Both the position numbers and the translations under genes were made by a program. Positions 1 to 13,070 of a stretch of DNA of 64,000 nt are shown piece by piece; the stretch's first letter is position 1, and each line of letters begins with the position of its first letter. Location: the NCBI RefSeq assembly GCF_963921235.1, contig NC_086097.1, positions 161,016,001-161,080,000 on the forward strand, in the 5' to 3' direction. Source of the stretch: Mobula hypostoma. Its lineage: Eukaryota. A model generated the notes under the pieces. That model saw only the letters and a program-made list of their open reading frames with translations. It had not been told where the DNA came from and did not search any database.

Positions 1-360
1 CATATCATGCTGTGATGCCACTATAGTGAGGATACTCTCCACTGTGCATCTATAGAAGTTTGTCAACGTTTTAGATAACATGTTGATTCTACAGTATGCA
101 AACCTTTTAAGAAAGTAGAGACAATGTCATGCCTTCTTGGTGATGTCAATTACGTGTTGGTCCCAGGACAGAAACTTTCAACTGAACCTCTCAATCTCTG
201 CTCCCATAATAAGGACTGGCTCATAGACCTCTAGATTTTCCCTCCTGTAGCCAATAATCAGCGGGCATTGAGTGAGAGGTTGTTGCTGTGCCCCATTCAA
301 TAAGACTTTCAGTCTCCTTCCTTCATGTCAGTTTGTCACCACTCTTGATTTGGCCAACAA
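1..360 (-). mobile_element. Degenerate Rex1/Babar-type LINE RT fragment
   Basis: Reverse complement resembles the LYFLR..L..F / NFYRCTVES region of the Rex copy at 2806; boundaries approximate. Confidence 0.6.
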
Positions 361-379
361 CAACAACATTTATGGAACA

Positions 380-1160
380 AGCTGCCAGAGGAAATGGTAC
401 AGATTACAATCGCTTGCAATATTTAAAATACACTTGGACAGGTTTTACATGGGTAGAAAGGTTTTAGAGGAAATGGGCTAAATACAGGCAAGTGGGAGTA
501 GCTCATTTAGGCAACTGGGTTGGCATAGATGCGTTGAGCTGAAGGGCCTGTTTCTATGCCGTAAGCGCTATGAATCTATTACTCATAGATTTGATTAGAA
601 TTCTAGAGAAGACGTTGTCCAATTAGGTATGGCCCTGTTGAAACAGTGTTTAGTGTAACATATACAGGTGTGCTCTACCTACTTAAGGACAGATATGCTA
701 ATGATAAAGACAGTACAGCAATAGTTCTGTGATGGTTGATTTGTGATATGAAGAAAGTGAACTTGGTGGGGTCTATACTCTCCGAAGTTTAGAAAAATAG
801 GACTTTATCTCATTGAAATGTATAAAATTCTAATGAGGCTTGACAGAATAGATGTGACAATGATGTTTTCTCTGTATTGTCAAGAACCACAGGTCAAAGT
901 CTCAGAATAAAGTTCTGGCCATTCAGGAGAGAGTTGAAATCTAATTCTGCACCCAGTTCATAGTGAATCTCTGGAATTCTCTGCCCAAGAGGGCAATGGA
1001 GGGTCAATACTTCAATACATTCAAGGAATAGATTTCAGATATAAAGGAAATCACGAGGTTAGGATTTGATCAGGAGATTAGTGAGAGGTAAAAATAAATA
1101 GCCATAATGAAATGGTGAAGCAGGCATGAAGGACTGATTGACCTACCCGTGTTTCTTAAA
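380..1160 (+). mobile_element. Two decayed CR1 3' fragments
   Basis: Similarity to the C-terminal RT region and 3' UTR of intact CR1 copies in the window (gaagggcctgtttct; gtgaatctctggaattctctgccc). Confidence 0.65.
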
Positions 1161-2439
1161 TGGGAGGTAAGCTGAGAGGAAGATGCAGGCAGGTGGTATT
1201 AGTTAGATTGGAATCATGGTGTGTACCAATGTGATGGGCCAAGAGCCTGTCGCATACTGCTCTGGTGGGATGAAATGTATTGTGGCTACCTTTTACTCAT
1301 TTATGTACACCCTTCTCTCATCTGTATTGCCATGTGTTTACATTGTCCCAGTGAGTGTGCTAAATGAAAGGATCTAAGTAGAATCAAACTCGTTTCAAGT
1401 CTCGGGCACATGAATGCCATAAGGGCAATATTTCTGTTTTCAGTTTTATTAGTTAAATCAAAACTACTGAAAATTTAACTCCAGTACTGAAATTCAAGGG
1501 AACAAAGATGCCTTATGGCTTGAACTGGATTTATTCAGTAGCTTCACGAGTCAAGTATTGGGGAGGGGAAGAGGTACATATTAGTAGAGAGTGCATAACT
1601 ATAATGACTTCAGAGGCATCTATATACATGTAAAGTTAGAAACACATATTCTCACTCTCACATTCAGCAAGTTTTAATTATCTTGTTTCAGCACATTCTT
1701 TGCAGTTAGTAATATTCTGACTGAACTCGCCATCACAATTTTTTTTCTCAATTTTAATAGTGTTACAGCTTGTATTTTCTCTGCAATCTTTTTTTATGTT
1801 AACAATCTTCACAACGCTGTACCAACAACAATACAAGAGCACCAAGCCAAGTCATGAACATTTTATATATGTAAAACATTTTACTAATCATTTAAGCTGC
1901 ATCTTCAAGGGCAAATCATATTCAGGGAGAAATAGTAAAGAAAAAGAAGAATAGAGATAAATTGTAGCTAAGGGTAAAAAAAAGGTAATTTCTTTCTATG
2001 ATCTACCAAAAGGATATTAAAGAACATAATGGATAGTTATAGTAACACGAGCAAGATCTTTTCTTTCATCTATGCTATGAATTAGAGAGCAATTAATGAT
2101 TAGCGATAAACCTTTGAATAATTCTTAAGGTGAAGTGAATATGACAGGGTTTAAGATGGTTACCTTGCATTAGTTCATAAAAGGGAGAATCAATAAGTTG
2201 ATGCTGCAAATGAAAGTATCAAAGTGGATGTAGGTCAATAAGAAATTAAGCAGCTTCAGGCTTTGATGTAATGGCAGCTATTAATCATAATGAACAATTC
2301 ATTGGGCTCTGGATTTGTTAGTATGGATTGGGATAGTTGGTAGAGCACTAGTATTTAAAAGAGTCAATGGTTCTCAAATAAGAACCTATATTAGTTTGAT
2401 TTAGACTTATAGGAAGTATTTAATAGAATAATTGAAATA

Positions 2440-3755
2440 TGAGGAGTGATTGATAAGTTCGTGGCCTAAGGTAGAAGGAGTCAATTTTAGAAAACCTAGC
2501 ACATTTATTTTTCAACGTAGTCCCTTCCTACATGTACACACTTAGTCCAGCGGTCGTGGAGCATCCGGATCCTGGACCTCCAGAAAGTGTCCACAGCAGG
2601 GGTGATTGATAAGTTCACGGCCTAAGGTAGAAGGAGATGAGTTATATGGCTCTCATTACATGCACATACAGTTCAACTCTGAGTGATTATGCAGAAAGTT
2701 TGAAGTTAATAACTCATCAGTTAATAACTCATCAGGGGTAATTGATAAGTTCATGGCCTAAGGTAGAAGGAGATGAGTTATTAACTTCAAACTTTCTGCA
2801 TAATCCTCAGGGTCAATGTCACAAATGACCTGACTTGGTCCAACCAAGCAGAGTTCACTGCCAAGAAGGCCCACCAGCACCTTTACTTCCTGAGAAAACT
2901 AAAGAAATTTGGCCTGTCCCCTAAAACCCTCACTAATTTTTATAGATGCACCGTAGAAAGCATTTTTCTAGGGTGCATCACAACCTGGCATGGAAGTTGT
3001 CCTGTCCAAGACCGAAAGAAGCTGCAGAAGATCGTGAACACGGCGCAGCACATCACACAAACCAATCTTCCGTCCGTGGACTCACTTTACACCGCACGCT
3101 GTCGGAGCAGTGCTGCCAGGATAATCAAGGACGCGACCCACCCAGCCAACAGACTTTTTGTCCCTCTTCCCTCCGGGAGAAGGTTCATGAGCTTGAAAAC
3201 TCGTACAGCCAGATTTGGGAACAGCTTCTTTCCAACTGTGATAAGACTGTTGAAGGGATCCTGACCCGGATCTGGGCCGTACCCTCCAAATATCCGGACC
3301 TGCCTCTCGGTTTTTTTGCACGAGCTTACTTCCCATTTTTCTATGTTCTATTTATGATGTATAATTTAAATTTTTAATATTTACTAATTTTAACTATTTT
3401 AAATATTTATAATATTTAATATTTATAATCCAGGGAGTATGAAGCGCAGAATCAAATATCGCTGTGATGATTGTACGTTCTAGTACCAATTGTTTGGTGA
3501 CAATAAAGTATAATGTATAAAGTATAATCACTCAAAGAGTTGAACTGCATGTGCTTGTAACGAGAGCTGTATAACTCATCTCCTTCTACCTTAGGCCACG
3601 AACTTATCAATTACTCCGATGAGTTATTAACTGATGAGTTATTAACTTCAAACTTTCTGCATAATCACTCAGAGTTGAACTGCATGTGCATGTAACAAGA
3701 ACCGTATAACTCATTTCCTTCTACCTTAGGTCACAAACTTATCAATCACTCCTTG
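2440..3755. mobile_element. Mariner-derived non-autonomous element with multiple internal TIR copies, interrupted by a Rex LINE
   Basis: TA at 2438-2439 and 3756-3757; TIR gaggagtgattgataagttcgtggcctaaggtagaagga present 3 times forward and 2 times reverse; same family as 51798-52552. Confidence 0.85.
2806..3523 (+). mobile_element. 5'-truncated Rex1/Babar LINE
   Basis: Frame KKAHQHLYFLRKLKKFGLSPKTLTNFYRCTVES...HPANRLFVPLPSGRRF...NSFFPTVIRLL; (taaagta)n tail; TSD ataatc at 2800-2805 and 3524-3529. Confidence 0.88.
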
Positions 3756-4156
3756 TATTTCAATTATTGGATACATCAGATCAAAATGTGATGAAGGATA
3801 GCGTTAGTATCTGGCAGATGTCATTAAATAAATTGGAAGTTATTATGCACCTGGAAAAGGTCAATGGCCAAGCAGTAGTATATTGGACAACATGTTGAAA
3901 GAGAAAGACCTAGGCGCTGTGGCAAATGAATCACACAGATACTGTAAGGATAGACCAGCTCCTAAAGTTGCATCATTGTTCCGAACTCAACAGTTTGTTC
4001 TATTGTTCCACATCTGGCCTTAATATTCCTCTTAAGCAGAATGTATAATTTTTATTGACCAAGAATTTACAGGCTGTTAAGCAAGAGAATTCCAGATTTC
4101 TATGTTTTAAACAGATTGGTAGACATTTAATATTGTGAACTCTTCTATGGGAAAGG

Positions 4157-4368
4157 AGAAGAAGAAGAACGCCCTTAACTCCAGTGGAGTCATCGGGACG
4201 CCGTCATGACGGCGTTTTTTTAGCAGGCTTTCTTATTTTTACAAGGCTGAGTTGCTAGCTCGACGCTCAACCCAGCACAGATGGAAAGCATGCAAGGGAA
4301 CCAGCTGGATTTGAACTCGGGAACCTTCGCTCCGAAGTCCAATGCTGATGTCACTACACCACCAGCGT
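4157..4368 (-). mobile_element. tRNA-derived SINE
   Basis: Minus strand A-box tggtgtagtg and B-box gagttcaaatc, (ttc)n tail; paralog at about 53309-53490 on +. Confidence 0.75.
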
Positions 4369-5547
4369 AGGAAACAACACTTTCAAATGGGAGAAAGGGG
4401 GAAAAACACCTTCTATCATTATAAAGACTGGATTTGATCAGTTTGAAAACTTGTCTGTAGCAGTTACTTGAAGATAAACAAAACTGCCCAGAGATTAAGT
4501 GGGTGGGTTGACACTGTATGAACACTTCAAAATGATGAAGTACCAAAGTCAAAGGAAGTACGTTCAAACTTATATTAAGAAGCCAGCAGAGACAAACAAT
4601 CGTGTAGAGATTTTAAAAAAACTAACAGAACTAAAACCAGTGATATAACAAAATAAGCAGTCTAATAATTATATAATGGTCTAAGCCACAAAACAGATCA
4701 CCCACCCTCTGCCCGATCCCTGGCTCTAACCAGACTAAACTGAATTTAGACAAAGCGTGAATATGTAACTCTATTGCTTCTACTACGCCTCAACCCACAT
4801 GACAGATTACCCATAATAAACACACAACACAAAATAAAAAACAGACAGAAAATAGATACATAGCTGCTATATCATCAATGGCAGTAAAGGAAAAGTGCAA
4901 AAGCTTGTAACTTGAAACAACATATAGACTTACAAACTCTTGGAGATGGTCAACTTTTTTCATAATTTAGCCTTCAAAATTCCAGTATCATTTGTGGAAC
5001 TCTTCTAAAACTAACGCACCATTCTGCAGATGAATTACCTAAAAGTTAATAAAGTCACCAATGCTACTTTTTCACTGGAAATAGAGGACAACATCCCACA
5101 AGAAATAAAGGTTTTTGTCACTTTTGTTGTTCACTTAATTAAAATTTCTAATACAGCAACAGGTCAGTTGGTGCATGCCATTGTTTATATTCTGCATAAC
5201 CTACATCCCTGTAACTCCGCTTACAAATTATTTCAGAATGTTCTTCTACTTCCAAAGTTTTGTGTGCTAATCTAGCTTCCTTGTCAGTGCAGCTTTGTTA
5301 TCAGCCCCAGCTACTCTTTTTGATGATAAATTATGCACTCTAATCATTCTCTGTGTAAAACCCTGTGTGATTTTTTTTATATTTCTCCTAGCAATCCTAT
5401 GGCTGTCAGGAAAGTGATTTCTAATTTATTGCCAATTAATGCCAAAATGACAGCCAGCTCTTATTTTTGTCAAGAGACTCTTCTAGCCTGCTAATCACAT
5501 GCCCACTTCCGCTGTTCTCTGATTATCCTTCTGTGCTGTTTCTTCAG

Positions 5548-5754
5548 CATGGACAAACACCTCTCCACCTGGCTGCAGAGAATAATCACTCTGAGGTTGT
5601 GAAACTCTTCCTCAAACAGAAGCCTGAACTGGTGATGTCTGCAAACATGGAGGGGTCCACTTGTGCACACATCGCTGCATCCAAGGGAAGTGTTGCTGTG
5701 ATCAAGGGGCTGCTGAAGTTCAACAAAGCTGGAGTTACCATGGCTCGGAATAAG
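5548..5754 (+). CDS. trpn1: TRPN1/nompC exon (2 ankyrin repeats; first exon seen in window, upstream exons lie outside)
   Basis: Acceptor tttcttcag and donor gtgaca; 207 nt, phase 0-0; HGQTPLHLAAENNHSEVVKLFL...GSTCAHIAASKGSVAVI...ARNK matches ankyrin consensus and NompC-type repeats. Confidence 0.93.
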
Positions 5755-8087
5755 GTGACAACTATAGGCTTCATACTGAGGGAAGAATAAATATAAACTA
5801 TTGATTATATGAAATAATAATATCATTTTAATACTTAAAAATAATATAATTTTAATACATTTTGAATAAACATTGGAGCTTAATACTTCTAGAAACAAAA
5901 TAGCATAATTCATCAAAAATAAACAAAAGACCGCAAATGTTGAAAATTTGAGATAAACACCAATTATGTTGGGAATTCCAGCAGATCAGGCTGCATCCAA
6001 AGAGAGTTCAAATTTCAGGTCAAAGACCCTTTACCCAACAATTCCATTCATTGTATGGTCTTTACTGCATTAAGTAGGCCAAATGCAGAGGAATATTAGA
6101 TCCTAGCAGAGCTCGTCATTCACACCACAAATATGACATCAAACTTTTAGGCTTTAATTCTCCATCACATTCTTACTCTGTCATCTATCTAATAAACTGT
6201 TCCAATAAATTTCAATATAATTTAAGAAATAGTACCTCAGCTTTCAAAATTACATGTCACTGGTTTCTTGACTCTACAATGTATTCAATAATTTCAGATG
6301 CAACTCTGGTATTCCCAATTACATCTCATCCTGACCAATTATTTTTCTTTGCTTGACCTGGTACCACCCATACTGGCTTTACACCATTACCCCCCAATTA
6401 ATCTTTTCCACACTCCTACCTAACACAGGATCTCCATTTTGTCCTCTCTTACCACCAAGTCCTGTAGCAATGGGTGAATGATGAAGCAGCAAGTGAGGGT
6501 ACATTGGAAACTGTAGCCGTGGACCTGCACATAGGTGGCTCAGGCCAATGAGTCATTTTTTTATTGACTGAAGTCGCAGAAGAACTCGGCAGTCACCTGA
6601 GTGACTGAGCAGCCCATTTAAGACCACACTGCTCACTTCCGTAGTACAAGGAAGGGGCTAGAAAAGGTTCCCTAAACATTGTCAACTTCACTCAACCTTG
6701 GTGAGAAAACCATGGCTGGTGAAGATCCCACTTCAGCAGTTAAAATCAAGGAAATCGAACAAATGTGACATCACTCAGAATTGACAAATGGAATGTGTGA
6801 ATCTTAATGGATATCGCCAAGTCTCACAGATCAGAGAGAAGAACTGTTTTGGTGGCAATGGAATTTGAGAGGTTCAAGATTGACATCACAGTTCTCTCCA
6901 AGACTTGCCTGGCTGATGAAGGCCAACTGACAGAAGAAGGTGGTGACTACATATTCTTCTGAAGTGGGTGCAGCAGGACAGAACGGTGCATGGCAGGAGT
7001 CAGATTTGCTATCGTGAACCACTTTGTCCAAAAGTTTACCAGTCTACCAAGAGGATTCAATGAACATCTAATAACCATGCAACTACCCCTGAGAAACAAA
7101 TGTAACATCACGCTGATCACGCCTGCGTCTCAATGCTGACCAACCCAGAAGAAGCCAAAGACAAGTTTTGTGAGAGCTTGATCCCCTGATTGCAGATGCA
7201 CCAAGATCAGACAAGCTCCTTGTCCTTGGAGGTTTCAACATTTAAGTGGGAAGAGACCACAATATCTGGGATGGAGTCCTATGGCACAATGGGGTAGGCA
7301 AATGCAACAGCAATGACTTGCTTCTTCTGCAAACCTGTGTCATGCATGACCTGATCATCAACGTAAGAAGCTGTCTTGGATGCATCCTCGCTCTAAGCAC
7401 TGGCATCTTATTGACTACATCATCACCAGAAGATGTGACAGATGCGATGTCAGAGTGACCAAAGCTATGTGTGATGCACACTGCTGGACAGACCACTCTC
7501 TGATCACTTCCAAACTTAATGTCCACATCCAACTCAAACAATATCCACAGGCAAGGAAGTTTGCCAAGAAGCTCAATATCAGCAAGCTGAAATTGGGTAC
7601 TACTGCAGACCACTTGGTTAAAAGCCTCCAGTCACAGCGTGCCGATATTCGTCTTGGAGGGGATGTGGAAGAAGACTGGCTGCTTTCAGGGATCGCGTTT
7701 ACTCTGTCTCCTTTGAGGTCTTCAGAACCAAGACTGGTTTGATGAGAATGATAAGGAGTTAAAAGCTCTCCTATAGGAAAAGCACAGGCTACACAGAGCC
7801 TCTCAGAATGATCCTTCCTGCATCTCCAGCAAGACAGCATTTGCCAATATATGCAGAACAGTTCAAGCCAAACTCACAAAGATGCATTACTCTTGGCTCT
7901 GCAAAACAGCTGACGAGATTCAGGGCTACACCGATGAACATGACTCAAAGAGATTCTTTGCTAAGAAACACTCTACAGCCCTTGAACTTCTGGGATCTCA
8001 CCCCCTCCTAAGTGCAGATGGCACCTCACTCATCACTGAGAAAGCCAAGATTCTGGACAGATGGGCAGAGCATTTTGAATCTGTGCT

Positions 8088-9222
8088 TATCATCATAGCT
8101 TGTCACACCGGACAGCCAGCCACTCTAGTTTTGTTTGGTTGATGTTGAGCAGGTCAGTGTCAGCAAAATCAGGTGAGAGTGGGCAGTTGCGCAGAACGTG
8201 TTCAATGTTCTACACCATTTTCACCACACTCACAGGATTCGCTGGTCTTTAAACCACACTTCACCATATTGTCTCTCGTCCTACAAACTCCCGCTCTCAC
8301 TCTGTTGAAAGTGCACCACTTCCGTCTGTCAAGCAGTGCCCTGTCTGGTAACATTTCTGTGGGGTCTTGCACTGTATTGCTTGGTGGGGTTCTGGCTTCT
8401 GTTTGTTGCCAGCGGTCAATCCTGTATGTTTGGGGGATGTTCCATGCAGTAGTTCCTCCACTGTAGCAAAGCTTTTCCTTGGTTTTAGGCGGTTGGAAAC
8501 TGGCACATGATGATGTAGTGGGTGCCGTGGATCCGAGTTCAGTTTACCTTTTTCAATTTTTGTTGTAATGTGTCTTCGGATCTCTAGGGGAGCAATGCCT
8601 GCAAGTCTGTAAATAATGTTAGTGGGTGTGGGGTGCAGTGTGCCCGTGATTATTCAGCAGGCTTCGTTAAGCAACGGGTCTATTTTCTTCGCATGGGCTG
8701 ATCTGCCCCACACAGGTGCACAGTATTCTGCAGGTGCATAGCAGCGTGCTAGGGCAGTTGATCTAAGTGTGTGAGCATTAGCTCTCCATTTCGTGCCTGC
8801 TAATTTTTTCAAGAGAGAATTGTGAGAGTCAACTTTCCTTCAGAGTTTTTGGATGTGGGTGACAAATGAGAGCGTCCTCTCCAGTGTCATGCCCAGGTAA
8901 ATTGGAGTCAGATGGTGTTCGAGCTCCTTCCCACACCAGAAGATCTTGAGTTTCCGAGCTGCTTCTCGATTCCTCAGGTGGAATGCACACACTTGAGTTT
9001 TTGATGGATTTGGGTTCAGAGACCATTTTTCCTAATACTGCTTCATTGCTTCAAGGACTGCTGTAAGTCGTACTTCACCTTCTTGGAAGGAGTTAGCTTG
9101 TGCATAGGTCGTCTGCATAGATAAACCTGCGCGTGTTAGGGTAGGAAAGGTTGGTTGGTCATTTGTGTAGGCATTAAATAGTAGAGGTGCCAGGACTGAT
9201 CCCTGTAGTAGTCCATTCTTGC
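8088..9222 (-). mobile_element. 5'-truncated RTE-X-like LINE nested in the RTE
   Basis: KNGLLQGSVLAPLLFNAYTNDQP RT motif on minus strand; (atg)n tail; 12-bp TSD tgaatctgtgct at 8076-8087 and 9223-9234. Confidence 0.8.
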
Positions 9223-9264
9223 TGAATCTGTGCTGAACTATCATAAATGAGGAAGCAATTAATC

Positions 9265-10025
9265 CTCAAGACTAAGGAGCTGGTGGTGGACCTGAGGAGG
9301 GCTAAGGCACCGGTGACCCCTGTTTCCATCCAGGGGGGTCAGTGTGGACATGGTGGAGGATTACAAACACCTGGGGATACAGATTGACAATAAACTAGAC
9401 TGGTCAAAGAACACTGAGGCTGTCTACAAGAAGGGTCAGAGCCGTCTCTATTTCCTGAGGAGACTGAGGTCCTTTAACATCCTTTGGACGATGCTGAGGA
9501 TCTTCTACGAGTCTGTGGTGGCCAGTGCTATCATGTTTGCTGTTGTGTGCTGGGGCAAAATGCTGAGGGTAGCAGACACCAACAGAATCAACAAACTCAT
9601 TCGTAAGGCCAGAGATGTTGTGGGGATGGAACTGGACTCTCTGACGGTGGTGTCTGAAAATAGGATGCTGTCCAAGTTGTATGCCATCTTGGACAATGTC
9701 TCCCATCCATTACATAATGTACTGGTTGGGCACAGGAGTACATTCAGCTAGAGACTCATTCCACCAAGATGCAACACTGAGCGTCATAGCAAGTCATTCC
9801 TGTCTGTGGCCATCAAACTTTACAACTCCTCCCTTGGAGGGTCAGACACTCTGAGCCAATAGGCTGGTCCTGGACTTATTTCCATCTGGCATAATTTACA
9901 TATTATTTAATTATTTATGGTTTTATATTGCTATATTTATACTCTATTCTTGGTTGGTGCAACTGTAACGAAACCCAATTTCCCTCGGGATCAATAAAGT
10001 ATGTCTATCTATCTACCTATCTATC
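9265..10025 (+). mobile_element. 5'-truncated Rex1/Babar LINE nested in the RTE
   Basis: YKHLGIQIDNKLDW...KKGQSRLYFLRRLRSF; aataaa plus (tatc)n tail; TSD taatc at 9260-9264 and 10026-10030. Confidence 0.87.
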
Positions 10026-12251
10026 TAATCATCTTAATCATGTAGACATCAACCATAAGATGGACTCTTTTCCCCAAGAAGAGGTAGTCAAGAAAGCCAT
10101 AGGCCAGCTGTCAAGTGACAAGGCTGCTGGAGCAGATGCTATACCAGTAGGGGTCTACAAAACAGGTAGTTCACTCATCACCAGCAAACTGACAGAGGTC
10201 TTCCAGTCCTTCTGGGAGAAGGGTCAGATTCTGAAAGAAATGAAAGGTGCATCCATTGTACACCTGTACAAGCAGAAGGGAAACTGCCAAGCATGCAACA
10301 ACCACAAAGGTATCTCTTTGCTCTCTAATGCTGGGAAAATCTTAGCCAGCATCCTGCCAGACAGACTAAATGCTCATCTGGAACAAGGTCATCTCCCAGA
10401 AAGTCAGTGCGGCTTCTAGAAATGAAGAGGAACTAACAACATGATCTTTGCTGCAAGACAACTTTAGGAAAAATGCCAGGAGCAGAACAGATAGATCTAC
10501 ACCACATTTGTTGATCTTACCAAGGCTTCCAACACCATGAGGTGAGGTGAGAGGGATTATGGAAAACCATGGTGAAGTTTGGTGCCCTGGCAGATTCATG
10601 ACCATGGTCAAGCAGATTCACGATGGGATGTCTGTGTTCGATGATGGTGACTGTTCTGTTGCTTTCTCAGTCACAAGTGGGGTTAAGCAGGGATGTGTGC
10701 TGGTGCCCACCCTCTTCAGCATGATGTTCAGTGTGATGTCAACTGATGGATTCTGGGACAGCGATCCTGGAATCCATATCAAATAGAGGATGGATGGCAA
10801 GCTGTTCAGCCTGTGCAGGTTACAAGCCGTTAATAAGGTCAAAGAGACAGTGCCAAGAGACTTCCTATTCACTGACAACTGTGCTCTCAACATAAGCTAA
10901 GTCAGATGTCAGGACATCATCGACAAATTTTCCACTACATGTGAGAGCTTCGGTCTCTCCATCAGCACCAAGAAGACGGAAGTCATACACCAAGCAGCCC
11001 CAGATCAACCCTGTGTGGAGCCGTCCATCTCGGTGAACATCCAGCAGCTCCAGGCAGTTAACAAGTTCACGTATCTTGGCAGCACGCTCTCAAGAGTTCA
11101 CATTGACAGGGTCCACTGCAGGATCACCAAGGCTAGTGCCAATTTTGGGAGACTATGTGACACTGTCTGGGGCAAAGCGAAATACTCTGAAGACTAAGTT
11201 GGAAGTTTACCGTGCTGCCATCCTACCCACCCTCCTCTACGTCTGTGAAACATGGAATGTGTACATGAGACATGCATGTAGACTGAACCACTCCCACTTG
11301 TCACACCTAAAGCAGATTATGAAAATTAATTGGCAAGACAGAATTCCTGACATGGAGATGCTGTCTGCAGCAGACATGCCCACCATCCACACACTGTTGA
11401 CAAAACATCAAGTCAAATGGGCAGGCCATGTCACCAGGATGTCAGACGATTGCATCCCCAAACAGTTGTTCTTCAAGGAACTGTCCACAGGGAAGCGCTC
11501 TCGTGCTGGTCAGTAAAAACGATTCAAGGACATGCTCAAGACTTTGCTCAAGGCCCTTAAGATCAACTACATTTCTTGGGGACATGCAACCCTGAATCTT
11601 TCATCATAGTGCAGCCTTCTCAATAAAGGTGCCACTGAAGCTGAAAAGGATCACAACACTGAAGCAAAAAGGAAACAGTGGAGAGAACGAGCAGCAGACC
11701 TCTCAGCTACGGAACCTTCACACACTTGCTCATGTGTGGGAGGTACTTCCCTAGCCCAGATTGGACTCACCAGTCGCCACTGGACACACAAATAACAAAC
11801 AAAGGATGTCAATGATCCTCATCACTTGTGATGGACACACACACACACGCCACCCCCACTCGCTCAACCTCCCCCAAAACTGTGTACACCTGTATACACC
11901 TTCAATCCATAACTTACATAACTGGGATACTTTTGTTTAACTCCATCCATACTGAGAGCAACAGGGTTCAATTTATGACAATTGGTAGAACTGGATGGGC
12001 CAAGAAGAACAAGTGATAAATCCCCTGAAAGAGCACAAGTTCCCCATTAAAACAGACATCAGGCCCTAATAACACGTATTGTACACCTTAACTGCTTTTG
12101 ATAACTTTTGATTAGTCTTCTTGAGGATCTTTAATTTGAAATTTTAAACTTAAATTGTTGATGTGCTTTATTTGCAGCAGGGTTTCCCCTAACAACATAA
12201 ATTTCAATCCTGACATTTGATTTTCTTCAGAGGCTAAAAACTAATTTAGAT

Positions 12252-12777
12252 CATCATCATCATTAGGTGCCGTGCCCAGTTTGAGCTTTGACTGCCATGG
12301 CCCACACACTCCTGTTTCGGGTCAAGTAGATCAATTCATTGGTGTTCATTTCCAGTTCTCTGGCTGCTGTCTCCATCATCTTTGTCTTCCTCTTTCTTTC
12401 TTCCCTTCAATATTTCCCATAATTACCATACATTCTAACTCCTCTTTTTTTAATCACATGTCCAATGAAGTTACGTTGTCTTTTCATGATCTCGTACATT
12501 ATTTCTCTTTTTGTGTTTGCTCCGTTCATGACATCCTCATTAGATATTCATTTCATCCATTATATTCTTTGCATTCTCCTCAAAAACCACATCTCTGCTG
12601 CTTCAATTCGTTCCTTCATGTTACTAGATATTGTACAACATTCTGAGCCATATAACATAACTGGATAAACGTAACATTTCAGTACTCTGAGGCGGGTTGT
12701 CATGCCTAGTTTAGTATTGGTCAGTATACTCCTCATTCTCGTAAAGGTGCCTTTTGCCATCCCTATTCTTCTTTTCG
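12252..12777 (-). mobile_element. 5'-truncated RTE-type LINE 3' fragment
   Basis: RLRVLKCYVYPVMLYGSECCTI...EAAEMWFLRRMQRI; (atg)n tail; TSD atttagat at 12244-12251 and 12778-12785. Confidence 0.8.
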
Positions 12778-12936
12778 ATTTAGATTTAGATAATGGTTTA
12801 AAAAAACAAAGCTTTCTAATTTCACAAACATAGTAGAGAAATGATGATTATAAAAAGAACATGGGAAAGAAGACCCACAAACGTATTGATGTACAAGTTT
12901 TCCCTGTTTTCATAATCATGATTTGGTATTTTTCAG

Positions 12937-13038
12937 AATAAAGACTCCAGTCCTCTCCACCTAGCTGCCGCTGGAGGTCATGCTGAGGTTGTTAAGGTGT
13001 TGCTGGAGGCCGGTGCATCTGCCACTGATGAGAACGCT
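12937..13038 (+). CDS. trpn1: TRPN1 exon (1 ankyrin repeat), not in ORF track
   Basis: tttttcag acceptor, gtgagt donor; 102 nt, phase 0-0; NKDSSPLHLAAAGGHAEVVKVLLEAGASATDENA. Confidence 0.93.
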
Positions 13039-13070
13039 GTGAGTTTTGGTCTAATAGACTCCCTAAAGAT

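Larger units (their letters stand above)
6640..11848 (+). mobile_element. Near full-length decayed RTE-clade LINE (APE + RT), split by two nested LINEs
   Basis: WNV APE start at about 6790, HPRSKHWHLIDYII, CWTDHSLI, RWAEHFESVLN, GVKQGCVLVPTLF, FTYLGSTLS, WAGHVTRM; many stops and frameshifts; segments 6640-8087, 9235-9264, 10031-11848; outer ends approximate. Confidence 0.88.

Noticed and set aside
2440..3755. Regularly recurring ~40-bp repeats resembling a CRISPR array (also 51798-52552)
   Set aside because: Repeats occur in both orientations, spacers are copies of each other, TA ends and a mariner transposase remnant are present, and the context is eukaryotic with no cas genes
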